A DNA stretch of 64,000 nt from an uncultured cyanobacterium (GTDB lineage: Bacteria > Cyanobacteriota > Cyanobacteriia > Cyanobacteriales > Chroococcidiopsidaceae): contig CAMIFA010000005.1 of the NCBI GenBank assembly GCA_946221495.1, forward strand, positions 4,208 through 68,207, in the 5' to 3' direction. Position numbers and translations under genes: made by a program. Below, in pieces: positions 18,687-28,055 of this stretch. The notes below the pieces were generated by a model. It was given only the letters and a program-made list of their open reading frames with translations. It ran no database searches and was not told where the DNA came from. Numbering within the stretch: the first letter of the stretch is position 1; each line of letters starts with the position of its first letter.

Positions 18687-19730
18687 ATGACCTACTTTTC
18701 AAAGAATATTAACGCAATGTCTGGCTATGAGCCTGGTGAACAGCCGCTAGGCGCTGAAGTCATTAAGCTTAACACCAATGAGAACCCTTACCCGCCCTCG
18801 CCAGCAGCATTAGATATTCTGCGTAACTTGGACACAGAGCTTTTGCGCCGCTACCCAGATCCAATGGCTGGACATTTTCGTGATGCCGTTAGTCAAGTTT
18901 TAAATATCCCTACAGACTGGATTCTTGTCGGCAATGGTAGCGACGATCTTTTAACTATGATTACCCGTGCCTGTGCCAATTCAAGTCGGACAATCGTTTA
19001 TCCCACACCAACATACGTTTTGTACCGTACCCTAGCACAGATCCAAGATGCAGAGTTTGTAGAAGTTCCATATAACGACGACTACAATTTGCCTTTTGAG
19101 CAACTTATTGCCGCCAAAGGAGCAATTACATTTATTGCCTCGCCTCATAGTCCATCTGGTGCGGCTGTACCTGTAGCGGTACTGAATGATCTAGCTACTC
19201 AGTTGTCAGGTTTGTTAATTGTTGACGAGGCTTATATTGATTTTGCGGAAGAAAATGCTTTGGAATTAGTTAAACACAACAACGTTATAGTCTTGAGAAC
19301 CTTATCTAAGGGTTATTCGCTAGCTGGACTTAGGTTAGGCTTCTGTATTGCTAACCCAGCTTTATTGGCAGGGCTGATTAAGGTAAAAGATAGCTACAAT
19401 GTCGATGCTATAGCGTGTAGAGTTGGGGCAGCAGCTATTAAAGATCAAGACTACAAAATTGCTAATGCCCAGAAGGTGAAAGTTTCGCGGACGAAATTAG
19501 CAAATGATTTAAAGCAATTAGGTTTTCATGTTTGGTCATCGCAAGCTAACTTCCTACTTGTGCGATCGCCTAATAATGATGCCTCTTTCCTCTACCAAAA
19601 GCTGAAAACTCAGGGGATATTAGTGAGATATTTTAATCAACCACAACTAAAAGACAAACTCCGGATCACCATCGGCACAAATGAGCAAAACGATCTGCTT
19701 GTCAAGCTGCTTGCCCAATTAGTGGCATAA
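18687..19730 (+). CDS. hisC: Histidinol-phosphate aminotransferase
   Basis: 347 aa. Class-II aminotransferase with PLP-lysine context LRTLSKGYSLAGLRLGF and an N-terminal GYEPGEQP. Confidence 0.85.
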   Translation: MTYFSKNINAMSGYEPGEQPLGAEVIKLNTNENPYPPSPAALDILRNLDTELLRRYPDPMAGHFRDAVSQVLNIPTDWILVGNGSDDLLTMITRACANSSRTIVYPTPTYVLYRTLAQIQDAEFVEVPYNDDYNLPFEQLIAAKGAITFIASPHSPSGAAVPVAVLNDLATQLSGLLIVDEAYIDFAEENALELVKHNNVIVLRTLSKGYSLAGLRLGFCIANPALLAGLIKVKDSYNVDAIACRVGAAAIKDQDYKIANAQKVKVSRTKLANDLKQLGFHVWSSQANFLLVRSPNNDASFLYQKLKTQGILVRYFNQPQLKDKLRITIGTNEQNDLLVKLLAQLVA

Positions 19731-19791
19731 CTTTGAATACAGAAAGCAGAAGATGAAATCCAGAAAAATTCTCTATCTCTCCTAGCTTTCT

Positions 19792-20379
19792 TCACGAAGG
19801 CTCAAAAACATTCATCTTCTCCCACCAAAGATTCAAAGGATAATAAACCACTGGAGCCCAAAGACTACTCAAAATTGCGGAAGCAAGGGCATTGCGCTGT
19901 TGGGATGCCCAAAGTTGGACGAAGCTTGTAGCATATTCATTTGTATTTGCGGCGGCATTGCTTAAAAAACTGAACTGGAGCGTAGTAACTATCTCAGCCA
20001 GCATTGCCATACCAAAGACAATTATCGCCACAGAAATAAAGTCTTCTTGTATATAGCGCTGCTTTTGCAAGCGAGCAGTTAAAATTCCCACTATTACTAA
20101 ACTTAAAGTATGGGTAGGATTGGGTGAGGTCATGCCATCTTGAAGTAGTCCGATTACAAAACCAGCGATCGCTCCTTGAACAACTGTACGCTTCACACTC
20201 CAAGTAACTACCCAAATTAACAGCCAGTTAGGGGCAATTCCTAGCAATGCCATTCCTGGTAAACGCATTGGCAAAAGTAGTAAACATAACAGCACAGAGC
20301 CAACTGTCACTAGCCAGTTGATTATTTGGCGTTTCTGGGGATGCCAACGCGAGCGGTTCATAGCATTTTGAATTTTCAA
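19792..20379 (-). CDS. mreD: Rod shape-determining protein MreD
   Basis: 195 aa, polytopic and hydrophobic, last gene of the mreB-mreC-mreD cluster. The track start is TTG; an in-frame ATG at 20361 (MNRSRW...) is the more likely start. Confidence 0.6.
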   Translation of the reverse strand: MKIQNAMNRSRWHPQKRQIINWLVTVGSVLLCLLLLPMRLPGMALLGIAPNWLLIWVVTWSVKRTVVQGAIAGFVIGLLQDGMTSPNPTHTLSLVIVGILTARLQKQRYIQEDFISVAIIVFGMAMLAEIVTTLQFSFLSNAAANTNEYATSFVQLWASQQRNALASAILSSLWAPVVYYPLNLWWEKMNVFEPS

Positions 20380-20392
20380 TTATCTCGATTCC

Positions 20393-20490
20393 CCTTGTCT
20401 CCTTGTCTCCTTGTCTCCTAGTCCCCTAGTCCCCTAGTCCCCTAGTCTCCTAGTCCCCTAGTCCCCTAGTCCCCGTCTCCTCAACAACCT
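20393..20490. repeat. Octamer tandem repeat array (CCTTGTCT x3, CCTAGTCC/CCTAGTCT x about 8), STRR-like
   Basis: Read directly from sequence: ccttgtct ccttgtct ccttgtct cctagtcc cctagtcc cctagtcc cctagtct cctagtcc cctagtcc cctagtcc ccgtctcc, in the mreC-mreD intergenic region. Confidence 0.8.
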
Positions 20491-20501
20491 CCTAGATTTT
20501 A

Positions 20502-21248
20502 TTAACGATTTCCGGTTTTGGGGTAGACAGCAACCCATTCTAAATAAGGAATTGGTGCTGAAAGAGAGATTACTGCTTCTGGTGCAGGACTTTTACTGAG
20601 ATTTATCGACTCCACACGACCTATAGGCAAGCCAGATGGATATATTTGGCTATAAGGGGAAGTAGCGACAACATCGCCGCGCTTGACATCTGGGACTTTA
20701 TCAAAAAACTGCATTACAGCTTCATTAGTAGACTGTCCGCGCAGAAAACCCATGTGGCGACTACGGCTAATTGTTACACCCACCGAACTAGTGCGATCGC
20801 TAATTAACAATACCCGGCTGGTATGAGGAGTAACACTAATAATTCTACCGACAACACCCCCAGGAGCCGCGACAATGTAGCCGATTTTGATTCCGGAACT
20901 ACTACCACGACCTAGAGTTACTTGTTGCCACCAATGATCAGCACTACGTCCGACAACAGGAGCTGCGATCGCTTGTGTTTGTCCAGATTGGGGTTTTACA
21001 TAGCCCAATAACTCTTTGAGTTGTTGATTTTGGCTTTCTAGTTCTACTAGCCGTGCTTGCAATTCCAGCGATCGAGCATCACTCAGTTCCTCTGCTTGTG
21101 TTGTTTGTAGAGGATTGGTAATCACCTCGTAAACTTCAAAAATTGCTGCACCCTGAGTCTGCCGTAGCACCCAGGCAGCACCTAGACTTAGACTTACTAG
21201 CACCAGTGTTAACGCATGGCGCTCCCACCAGCGACGTATTATGTACAT
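20502..21248 (-). CDS. mreC: Rod shape-determining protein MreC
   Basis: 248 aa. N-terminal TM helix, a coiled coil (LQARLVELESQNQQLKELL), then a beta-rich C-terminal domain. Sits between mreB and mreD. Confidence 0.8.
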   Translation of the reverse strand: MYIIRRWWERHALTLVLVSLSLGAAWVLRQTQGAAIFEVYEVITNPLQTTQAEELSDARSLELQARLVELESQNQQLKELLGYVKPQSGQTQAIAAPVVGRSADHWWQQVTLGRGSSSGIKIGYIVAAPGGVVGRIISVTPHTSRVLLISDRTSSVGVTISRSRHMGFLRGQSTNEAVMQFFDKVPDVKRGDVVATSPYSQIYPSGLPIGRVESINLSKSPAPEAVISLSAPIPYLEWVAVYPKTGNR

Positions 21249-21390
21249 AACTTTCAGTGATCAGCTAGCTTTTGGCTAACTATTGTCTAACTTGATAAGG
21301 GGGTTATGTAGAGATATCAGTAATTGGATTTCTGACTCCCAACCCCCTTTATTTAAAGCAAATATCTAACTACAAATCTACTGCTAATAG

Positions 21391-22455
21391 TTATAAGTTG
21401 CGCGATCGCCCACTAAATACCTGTGCTAGCTGTTTGGGATTTTCTAGTACACGACCTGTTCCCAACACCACACAATTTAGGGGTTCAGCTGCTATATGAG
21501 TGACAATGCTAGTCTCATGGCTGATCAGCGTATCCAACCCCTTCAACAAAGCCCCACCCCCAGCTAGCATAATTCCCCGATCAATAATGTCTGCCGCCAA
21601 TTCTGGCGGGGTTCGTTCTAGGGTACGCTTAACCGCATCTATAATTACAGACAAAGGCTCTGACATACTTTCACGAATCTCTGGACTCTTAATTGTGACT
21701 GTACGCGGTAGCCCCGACAGCATATGTAATCCTCTCACCTCCATAAAGTTTTCATCATCATTGCGCATCGGATAAGCTGAACCAATCCGCAGTTTGATGT
21801 CCTCGGCGGTTCGTTCCCCAATCACCAGGCTATGAACTTTCTTCATGTAATGCATTATGCATTCATTTAATTCATCACCCGCAACCCGCACCGATTCACT
21901 GACAACCGTACCTTGAAGACTCAAAACAGCGACTTCTGTAGTTCCACCACCAATATCGATAATCATGTTACCAATCGGTTCCGCAACCGGAAGTCCCGCA
22001 CCAATTGCCGCCGCAACTGGCTCGTCAATTAAATAAACATCTCTAGCACCAGCTTGGGAAGCTGCATCCATCAGGGCGCGTCGTTCTACGCCAGTAACAC
22101 CGCTAGGAATGCCAATTACCATCCGGGGAGAAACAAGGGTTCTACCTTCGTGGACGCGCTGGATAAAGTGCTTAAGCATTAGTTCAGCTGTGTCAAAGTC
22201 AGCTATGACACCATCGCGGAGAGGACGGGTAACAATTACATTACCAGGTGTTCTGCCCAGCATTTTTTTGGCATCTTCTCCCACTACTGGTGGCATCTTA
22301 CCAGTTTGATCAACGGCGATTACTGAAGGCTCTTGAAGAACAATACCTTTACCAGATACATACACAAGTGTATTAGCGGTACCGAGGTCGATACCCATGT
22401 CTTTAGATAAAGAAAATCGATCGAAAATACCCACGCTCACTCCCCCACAATCCAA
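21391..22455 (-). CDS. mreB: Rod shape-determining actin homologue MreB
   Basis: 354 aa. Phosphate-1 motif GIDLGTANTLVY and other actin-fold motifs (DIGGGTTEVAV, GIMLAGGGALL). Confidence 0.9.
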   Translation of the reverse strand: MDCGGVSVGIFDRFSLSKDMGIDLGTANTLVYVSGKGIVLQEPSVIAVDQTGKMPPVVGEDAKKMLGRTPGNVIVTRPLRDGVIADFDTAELMLKHFIQRVHEGRTLVSPRMVIGIPSGVTGVERRALMDAASQAGARDVYLIDEPVAAAIGAGLPVAEPIGNMIIDIGGGTTEVAVLSLQGTVVSESVRVAGDELNECIMHYMKKVHSLVIGERTAEDIKLRIGSAYPMRNDDENFMEVRGLHMLSGLPRTVTIKSPEIRESMSEPLSVIIDAVKRTLERTPPELAADIIDRGIMLAGGGALLKGLDTLISHETSIVTHIAAEPLNCVVLGTGRVLENPKQLAQVFSGRSRNL

Positions 22456-23017
22456 TAGGTGCTTATCCGACGGTAATAATAACAGTGCTGAATTTTAATC
22501 CGTCTTCTATCTTTGAGTCTACTTGAGCAAAGAAATTTTTATTAACTTATCAATCCTTCTTATTCAAGGAGCTGCTATTACTGGAGCAGACAATAAATAA
22601 ATATAAGTTTGTTGAAAATTATACTTAAAAATCTTTATAGTCAAAGATAAATGATCCTTGTTATTGATCTGATGCTTCCTTTATCAACTAAAGCTCCCAA
22701 AGAAAATTAGCGCTACTTTGCTAAGTCTCCAACCGTAATTTCACTAGAAATACTACTTAATTTTAGGTTTTTCCTTAACAAATTTAAGTAAATTTACGAT
22801 GTTGCTCAAGAGAGCTTCGTGAATTAGGCAATTTTAGTCATACATTTTATTTATTTCTACTTCAGTAACCTGCTAATATTTTTTGTTATTTAAAACACAA
22901 TTTAGCTAGTCTCAAGAAAATCTTTAATAATTCTCCTTCTGTCTCTTTTAAAAGTCTTTTTAACTAGCATTGCCAGACTACATTTGTAATCGCTATGATT
23001 ATGAGTCACGATTAAAG

Positions 23018-23031
23018 AGTACACTTGTACT
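23018..23031 (+). promoter_or_regulatory. Putative cyanobacterial LexA box AGTACACTTGTACT at the ssb promoter
   Basis: Matches the heterocystous-cyanobacterial LexA operator consensus RGTAC-N3-DGTWCB exactly. It lies 11 bp upstream of the ssb ATG. Confidence 0.5.
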
Positions 23032-23041
23032 GGAAAACACT

Positions 23042-23105
23042 TATGAGCCTCAATGTTGTAACCTTAGTCGGTCGTGTAGGCACTGATCCGGATGTGAAGT
23101 ATTTT
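23042..23105 (+). CDS. ssb: Single-stranded DNA-binding protein, exon 1 (codons 1-21 plus 1 nt)
   Basis: MSLNVVTLVGRVGTDPDVKYF is the canonical SSB N-terminus. The reading frame breaks at GTGCG (the intron 5' end). Confidence 0.8.
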
Positions 23106-25527
23106 GGTGCGACCCGTTGAGTGAGAAACCAGTCTCCCTTGAGATTGGGTACCACTCGCAAGGATAAGTAGGAATACCTACCGAACCTTGAGAACTTAGC
23201 TCCTGAGAGGGTGAGAATTTGAAGGAATGTTAAGCAAACTTGGTTTCTTAACGCAATCTTTAGATTTCAATTCCCTCCTCTTAGATGCAAGGAGATGCAA
23301 CACCCCCGTCAGTAGGACTGACTATCAATCTGGCGAAGCGGGGTGTAACGGAGGTAACTCTAAACCTGATAGAGAATCCCTCCAAGCAGAGATGGGTATG
23401 GGTAAGGATATCTAAACCTGCGTCTGAACCGTCGTCACTGACAACAGCCTACACAGGTTATTGGCTGAGCCAAAAGGCAAGGATACGGGCTAGGCAACTC
23501 GAAGTTTGACCTAGAGCATCCCCAAAGAAACCCGGCGGATAGTAGGACTCTAACCCCAATCGCAATGCAGGAGCTAGGAACGGGATAACCTCTTAATTTC
23601 TCTCGGCAAGGTCGATAACCGAGCAGGCAGTCAGCCGTATGGAATTAAGAGGAGGGATTGGCTCAGAAGCCAATGCCTTTGGGAAAGCCAAAGGATATGC
23701 TGACAGAGCCACGATAACTCAGAGATGGGTAATTCAGTAGAAGTCAAAAAGTCATGGACACGGAAAATCAACCGATGTATGAATGGAAGACAATCAACTG
23801 GGCGAAAGCTCAGCGTGAGGTCTTCAAGCTTCAAAAGAGAATCTATCGAGCCTCTGAACGTGGTGATAGAAAAGCAGTTCGCAGGCTACAAAGGCTGTTG
23901 ACTCAATCAAGGTCTGCCAAGTTGGTAGCAGTCCGAAGAGTGACCCAGGATAATCAAGGCAAAAATACGCCCGGTGTGGATAAGGTAGCCAGACTACGAA
24001 ACCCACAGAAGGTAAAAATAGCCGAGAAACTGAAGCTCAACGACAAGTCTCAACCGACCAGAAGGGTATGGATTCCTAAACCTGGCAAGGACGAGAAAAG
24101 ACCACTTGGTATTCCAACGATGGAAGATAGAGCGAAGCAAGCTTTATTGAAACTGGCATTAGAACCAGAATGGGAGGCTAAATTTGAGCCAAACAGCTAT
24201 GGTTTCAGACCAGGGCGGTCTTGTCACGACGCAATCGCGGCTATATATAACGGAATCGTCCAGAAACCGAAATATGTACTGGACGCGGACATTGAGAAGT
24301 GTTTTGACCGGATCAACCACGAAAAGCTGCTGGATAAGCTACAAACATTCCCAACATTCAGAAGACAGATCAGAGCGTGGCTTAAATCTGGAGTTATGGA
24401 TGGAAAAAAACTATTCCCGACCGATGAAGGAAGCCCACAAGGGGGGGTAATTTCTCCTCTGCTGGCGAATATAGCCCTTCATGGAATGGAAGAAATGCTA
24501 ATGGGTCGCTACTCCAGACGGGTCGAAAATGGTAGAAAGCGAAAGGTAACTTTCGTGAGATCCGCTGACGACTTCGTTCTGATGGACGAAAGCCTAGAGG
24601 TAGTGTTGGAAGCTAAACAGCTAATTGAAGAGTGGTTGATGGAAATGGGGCTAGCCCTGAAAGAATCAAAAACCCGGATTACTCACACATTTGTTGAGCA
24701 TGAAGGAAAAATAGGATTCGATTTTCTGGGGTTCCATATCCGACAATACCCATGCAGTGATAAACAAAGTGGGTCAGTCGGTGGAACCGAAAGCAAGAGA
24801 GGGCATAAGACGTTCATCAAACCCAGTAAAGAGGCTATCAAACGGCATCTAGACAAATTAGATGACCTACTAGAGAGGAATGGCAAGTCAAAACAGGAGC
24901 AAGTTATTAACGCCCTTAATCCAGTTATCCGAGGATGGGCAGCATACTACTCTACAGTGGCGAGCAGCCAGACCTTCGATCTCATCGATAGCATCATGCA
25001 CCAAAAACTCTACGCATGGGCTAAGAAGAGAAGAAGCCACAGAGGTAACAATACCGATCTCGTATCAAATTATTGGGGAGTCAACAGAGGGTTAGGCTGG
25101 CGATTTATGACTCCAGATGATCAGTATGTACTGGAGAAACACCAGGAAACTAAGATAAAGCGACACATAAAAGTGAAGGAAAGCAAAAGTCCTTTCGACG
25201 GTGAATTTATCTACTGGAGCAATCGCTTAAACAATCACCCAATGCTTCGACGCACTGTTACCAGACTACTGAAGAAGCAGGAAGGTAAATGCGGAGAATG
25301 CAGCCTGATATTAACCAGCACCGATCTCTTGGAAGTACATCACAAGGATAGAAACCGAGGGAATAACAAGCTTGACAACTTAATGCTGGTTCATAGACAC
25401 TGCCATGACATCATCCACGCAGGAGGTACTGTCACTAGCTGAGTTATTGAGGAGCCGTGTGCGGTGAAAGCTGCAAGCACGGTTCTGAAACAGAGGTAAG
25501 CAGGGTGACTTGCTTATCGACTGTAAC
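23106..25527 (+). mobile_element. Group II intron (about 2.42 kb) inserted in ssb
   Basis: 5' end GTGCGAC. Domain V GAGCCGTGTGCGGTGAAAGCTGCAAGCACGGTTC at 25452..25485. Domain VI helix with a bulged A at 25520 (8 nt from the 3' end). 3' end ...TAAC (AY). The IEP ORF lies in domain IV. Confidence 0.8.
23754..25442 (+). CDS. Group II intron-encoded protein: reverse transcriptase / maturase (X) / DNA-binding / HNH endonuclease
   Basis: 562 aa. RT blocks include the catalytic motif SADD (YADD variant) in VRSADDFVLM. A maturase X domain follows (RGWAAYY). The C-terminal HNH is CGECSLILTSTDLLEVHHKDRNRGNNKLDNLMLVHRHCHDIIH. Confidence 0.9.
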   Translation: MDTENQPMYEWKTINWAKAQREVFKLQKRIYRASERGDRKAVRRLQRLLTQSRSAKLVAVRRVTQDNQGKNTPGVDKVARLRNPQKVKIAEKLKLNDKSQPTRRVWIPKPGKDEKRPLGIPTMEDRAKQALLKLALEPEWEAKFEPNSYGFRPGRSCHDAIAAIYNGIVQKPKYVLDADIEKCFDRINHEKLLDKLQTFPTFRRQIRAWLKSGVMDGKKLFPTDEGSPQGGVISPLLANIALHGMEEMLMGRYSRRVENGRKRKVTFVRSADDFVLMDESLEVVLEAKQLIEEWLMEMGLALKESKTRITHTFVEHEGKIGFDFLGFHIRQYPCSDKQSGSVGGTESKRGHKTFIKPSKEAIKRHLDKLDDLLERNGKSKQEQVINALNPVIRGWAAYYSTVASSQTFDLIDSIMHQKLYAWAKKRRSHRGNNTDLVSNYWGVNRGLGWRFMTPDDQYVLEKHQETKIKRHIKVKESKSPFDGEFIYWSNRLNNHPMLRRTVTRLLKKQEGKCGECSLILTSTDLLEVHHKDRNRGNNKLDNLMLVHRHCHDIIHAGGTVTS

Positions 25528-25826
25528 AATCTGGTAGCGTCAAGTGTAAATTGACGCTAGCCGTAAACCGTCGTAACCGCGAGGGAGATCAAACTGACTG
25601 GTTTAATTTGGAATTATGGGGCAAGACAGCAGAGGTTGCGGCTAATTACGTGACTAAAGGCAAACAAATTGCCGTCAAAGGTTCTTTAAAGTTTGATACT
25701 TGGAGCGATCGCAATACTGGCGCAACTCGCTCTTCGCCCGTTATTCAAGTTGACAGAATGGAGCTTTTAGGCTCTAAAAAAGACACAGATGCTAGTTTCG
25801 GCAATGGGCAAGACTCAGACTTCTAG
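25528..25826 (+). CDS. ssb: Single-stranded DNA-binding protein, exon 2
   Basis: Joining exon 1 (phase 1, nt g) with AA at 25528-29 gives GAA = Glu. The product reads ...KYF-E-SGSVKCKLTLAVNRRNREGDQTDWFNLELWGKTAEVAANYVTKG...IQVDRMELLGSK, a continuous OB-fold SSB of about 120 aa. Confidence 0.8.
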
Positions 25827-25863
25827 CTAGTAAAGAAGTAGAGAATGACAGAAGACAGAAGGA

Positions 25864-25889
25864 AACCCCATAACTTAAGTTATGGGGTT
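25864..25889 (+). terminator. Perfect hairpin downstream of ssb (AACCCCATAACTT/AAGTTATGGGGTT), possible terminator
   Basis: 11-bp stem with a TTAA loop, 38 nt after the ssb stop. The T-run (ATTATTTTTCT) is about 15 nt downstream rather than adjacent, hence the moderate confidence. Confidence 0.4.
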
Positions 25890-26151
25890 CTGAGTAGGAT
25901 TAATTATTTTTCTGCTTTCCATAAATGAATATAGCAGAAGTCAAAAGTCAACGCGCTGTGTCCAAGGCATCCCGCCTTTAAAAGGCGGGATTGCCACAGC
26001 GCGCTATCTAATTCTGGCGAAGCCGCCACAGCTTTTGGAGGTTTCCTCCAAGAGAATGGCGGAGGAACCGGACTAAATCCGCGCGTCAAAAGCATGATGC
26101 TTACCCCACAACAGTTTAAGCTATTTGTGAGCGTCCTAACCTTTATGGCAG

Positions 26152-26559
26152 TTGCTATATAACTTGGAATCTACCTATGCTAAGGGACAACGATTAATAG
26201 CACTAATTTTATTAATTACTATTGCTTACACTTGTGCAATCAGGGCAGACCGTCAATATCGCCATATGGGTTTACAAAAGTATGTTGGTCGTCTCCAAGA
26301 ATTAAAGCGAGCATCGAAACGCCATAGTCCGTTTTGGGTTGGTTTATATGGTCATTTATGGGTTGGTGCAATGGAACATTGGTCAGATTTAGCACTCAGT
26401 TTGATACGTCTTAAGCCTGGCTTTACTACCTTATTTCCAACGCGGTCTACGAGCCATGCAGCTTATCCTGTCTACTGTTTAGTTCCTCTGTCACCCCGTC
26501 AGGTTATTAGGTTACGATTATTAATTTGCGTTAGAGGTATCAGTGCTGATAATAGTTGA
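26152..26559 (+). CDS. Hypothetical ORF (doubtful; possible IS remnant)
   Basis: 135-aa ORF with a hydrophobic N-terminus, no motifs recognised, in a hairpin-rich gap. Could be non-coding. Confidence 0.2.
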   Translation: MLYNLESTYAKGQRLIALILLITIAYTCAIRADRQYRHMGLQKYVGRLQELKRASKRHSPFWVGLYGHLWVGAMEHWSDLALSLIRLKPGFTTLFPTRSTSHAAYPVYCLVPLSPRQVIRLRLLICVRGISADNS

Positions 26560-26567
26560 TAGCGAAA

Positions 26568-27962
26568 TTAAAACGTCAGCCAGTTATTTGAATTATCCCA
26601 GTCTTGACCTAGGCGAATTGTGATATCGGACTCTAAATCACCTGTAGAATTCACCTCAATATTACCCAAGCCTAAAGTTTGCTTAAGGTTTGTTGCTGCT
26701 TCTAAATTTCCTTGCTGGGCAATAATTTGGGTTTGGCGCTGCACGTCTGACCAATTGGGCACTGTGTATACGTTATCAAAGCCTTTATTTTTGAGATAGC
26801 GAACAAAACTATCACTCAAGCTAGGCTCTCCAGAAGCATTTTGGACAGCAATTTTCAGGCTATAAAGCGATCGCGGCTTGATTACAACATTACTTGCTCT
26901 CACGCCAAAAAACTCACCCATAACTGAGTTAATTCCAGAGGAATGCAGCCAGTAGCTACTAGGATCTTGACTAAATGGGCTGAGATTACCAGGCAACATT
27001 ACCATACGCAAATTTTCTTGTTGAACAACAAAGTTCACCAGGGCTAACGTTTCTTGCAAGCTCAGATTAGTATCAACGCTATTTTGGATAATGTGAATTA
27101 GTCGGGGTAGACGCGCTAAAGAAGCGGGACTCATCAGGCGATCGCGCAGTGCTGCTATTAATACCTGTTGTCGTTGAACTCGTGTTAATTCACCATTAGA
27201 AGAATCACGAAATCGGGCAAACTGTTCTGCTTGTTCGCCATTGAGAGTTTGCCAACCTGGATCGAGATCAATCTCTAGCTTTTGGGTAGCGTCTCGATAC
27301 AACATTTTTTTAGGGACAAAAACTTCTACACCACCGAGCTGATCTACTAATTCCCTAAATGCATTAGTAGTAATGCAGATATAGCGGTCAATAGAGACAT
27401 TATTCAACGTCCGACTAACTACCCGCGCCGCCAAAGATGTACCACCTATAGAGTTAGCTAGGGATATTTTCTCTAGTCCTACTTCCGGAATTACTACTTG
27501 GCTATCCTTGGGAATCGAAAGTAGCCTGATAGTTTTGTCGTTTGGGTTGAGCTGCACTAGCAGCATAGTATCGCTAGCACCAGTAAAAACTTGGGATGAC
27601 TCTTTAGTCAAAGAGAGAGGATCAATTCCCATTACTAAGATATTGACGGATCTCGATAGCTGATACTGGGTATTAATAGCAGAGCGCGTTTTCAAAAAAC
27701 CTTTGCCAGAATATTGTCGTTCTAATGCATTGGGATCGCTCCAGAGTGGAGTCACTAGCGCTAAACTTGCCCCTGTCAAAATCGCCAAGGTAGTCACACC
27801 GCCCCAAAACAGCAAGCGGTTTCTTCTAATCAAAAACCAGAAACGATGTAGGAAAAACAACGAATCCCGTTTTACAACTATTAACTTATGCTTTACCTTT
27901 GCTTTAGTAGGTTGTAGCCTTGACCAATTATCCGACCGTTCAACTCCTTTAACCACAGTCAC
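26568..27962 (-). CDS. LytR-CpsA-Psr (LCP) family cell-envelope protein
   Basis: 464 aa. N-terminal TM helix; LCP core (ILVMGIDP...SDTMLLVQLNP...IRLLSIPKDS...ISIDRYICITTNAFRELVDQLGGVEV); C-terminal LytR_C-like domain. Confidence 0.8.
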   Translation of the reverse strand: MTVVKGVERSDNWSRLQPTKAKVKHKLIVVKRDSLFFLHRFWFLIRRNRLLFWGGVTTLAILTGASLALVTPLWSDPNALERQYSGKGFLKTRSAINTQYQLSRSVNILVMGIDPLSLTKESSQVFTGASDTMLLVQLNPNDKTIRLLSIPKDSQVVIPEVGLEKISLANSIGGTSLAARVVSRTLNNVSIDRYICITTNAFRELVDQLGGVEVFVPKKMLYRDATQKLEIDLDPGWQTLNGEQAEQFARFRDSSNGELTRVQRQQVLIAALRDRLMSPASLARLPRLIHIIQNSVDTNLSLQETLALVNFVVQQENLRMVMLPGNLSPFSQDPSSYWLHSSGINSVMGEFFGVRASNVVIKPRSLYSLKIAVQNASGEPSLSDSFVRYLKNKGFDNVYTVPNWSDVQRQTQIIAQQGNLEAATNLKQTLGLGNIEVNSTGDLESDITIRLGQDWDNSNNWLTF

Positions 27963-28055
27963 CTTCCCAAATCAACCACACCTAATGGTCATGTTAATTC
28001 AAGCTGTTCTAATTGCCACTAGCAAATAGCATAAACTCAACAGACCTAACAATTT

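Noticed and set aside
20393-20490. Possible CRISPR array
   Set aside because: The units are 8 bp, directly abutting with no spacers. This is an STRR-like microsatellite, not CRISPR. No cas genes are nearby.
23227-23509. ORFs 23227..23415 and 23285..23509 in the 5' part of the group II intron
   Set aside because: They lie in ribozyme domain I, which is structured RNA. The real intron-encoded protein is the 562-aa RT in domain IV.
25904-26095. 63-aa minus-strand ORF
   Set aside because: It sits entirely within a hairpin-rich palindromic non-coding segment, and its composition is Pro/Ala/Ser-biased.
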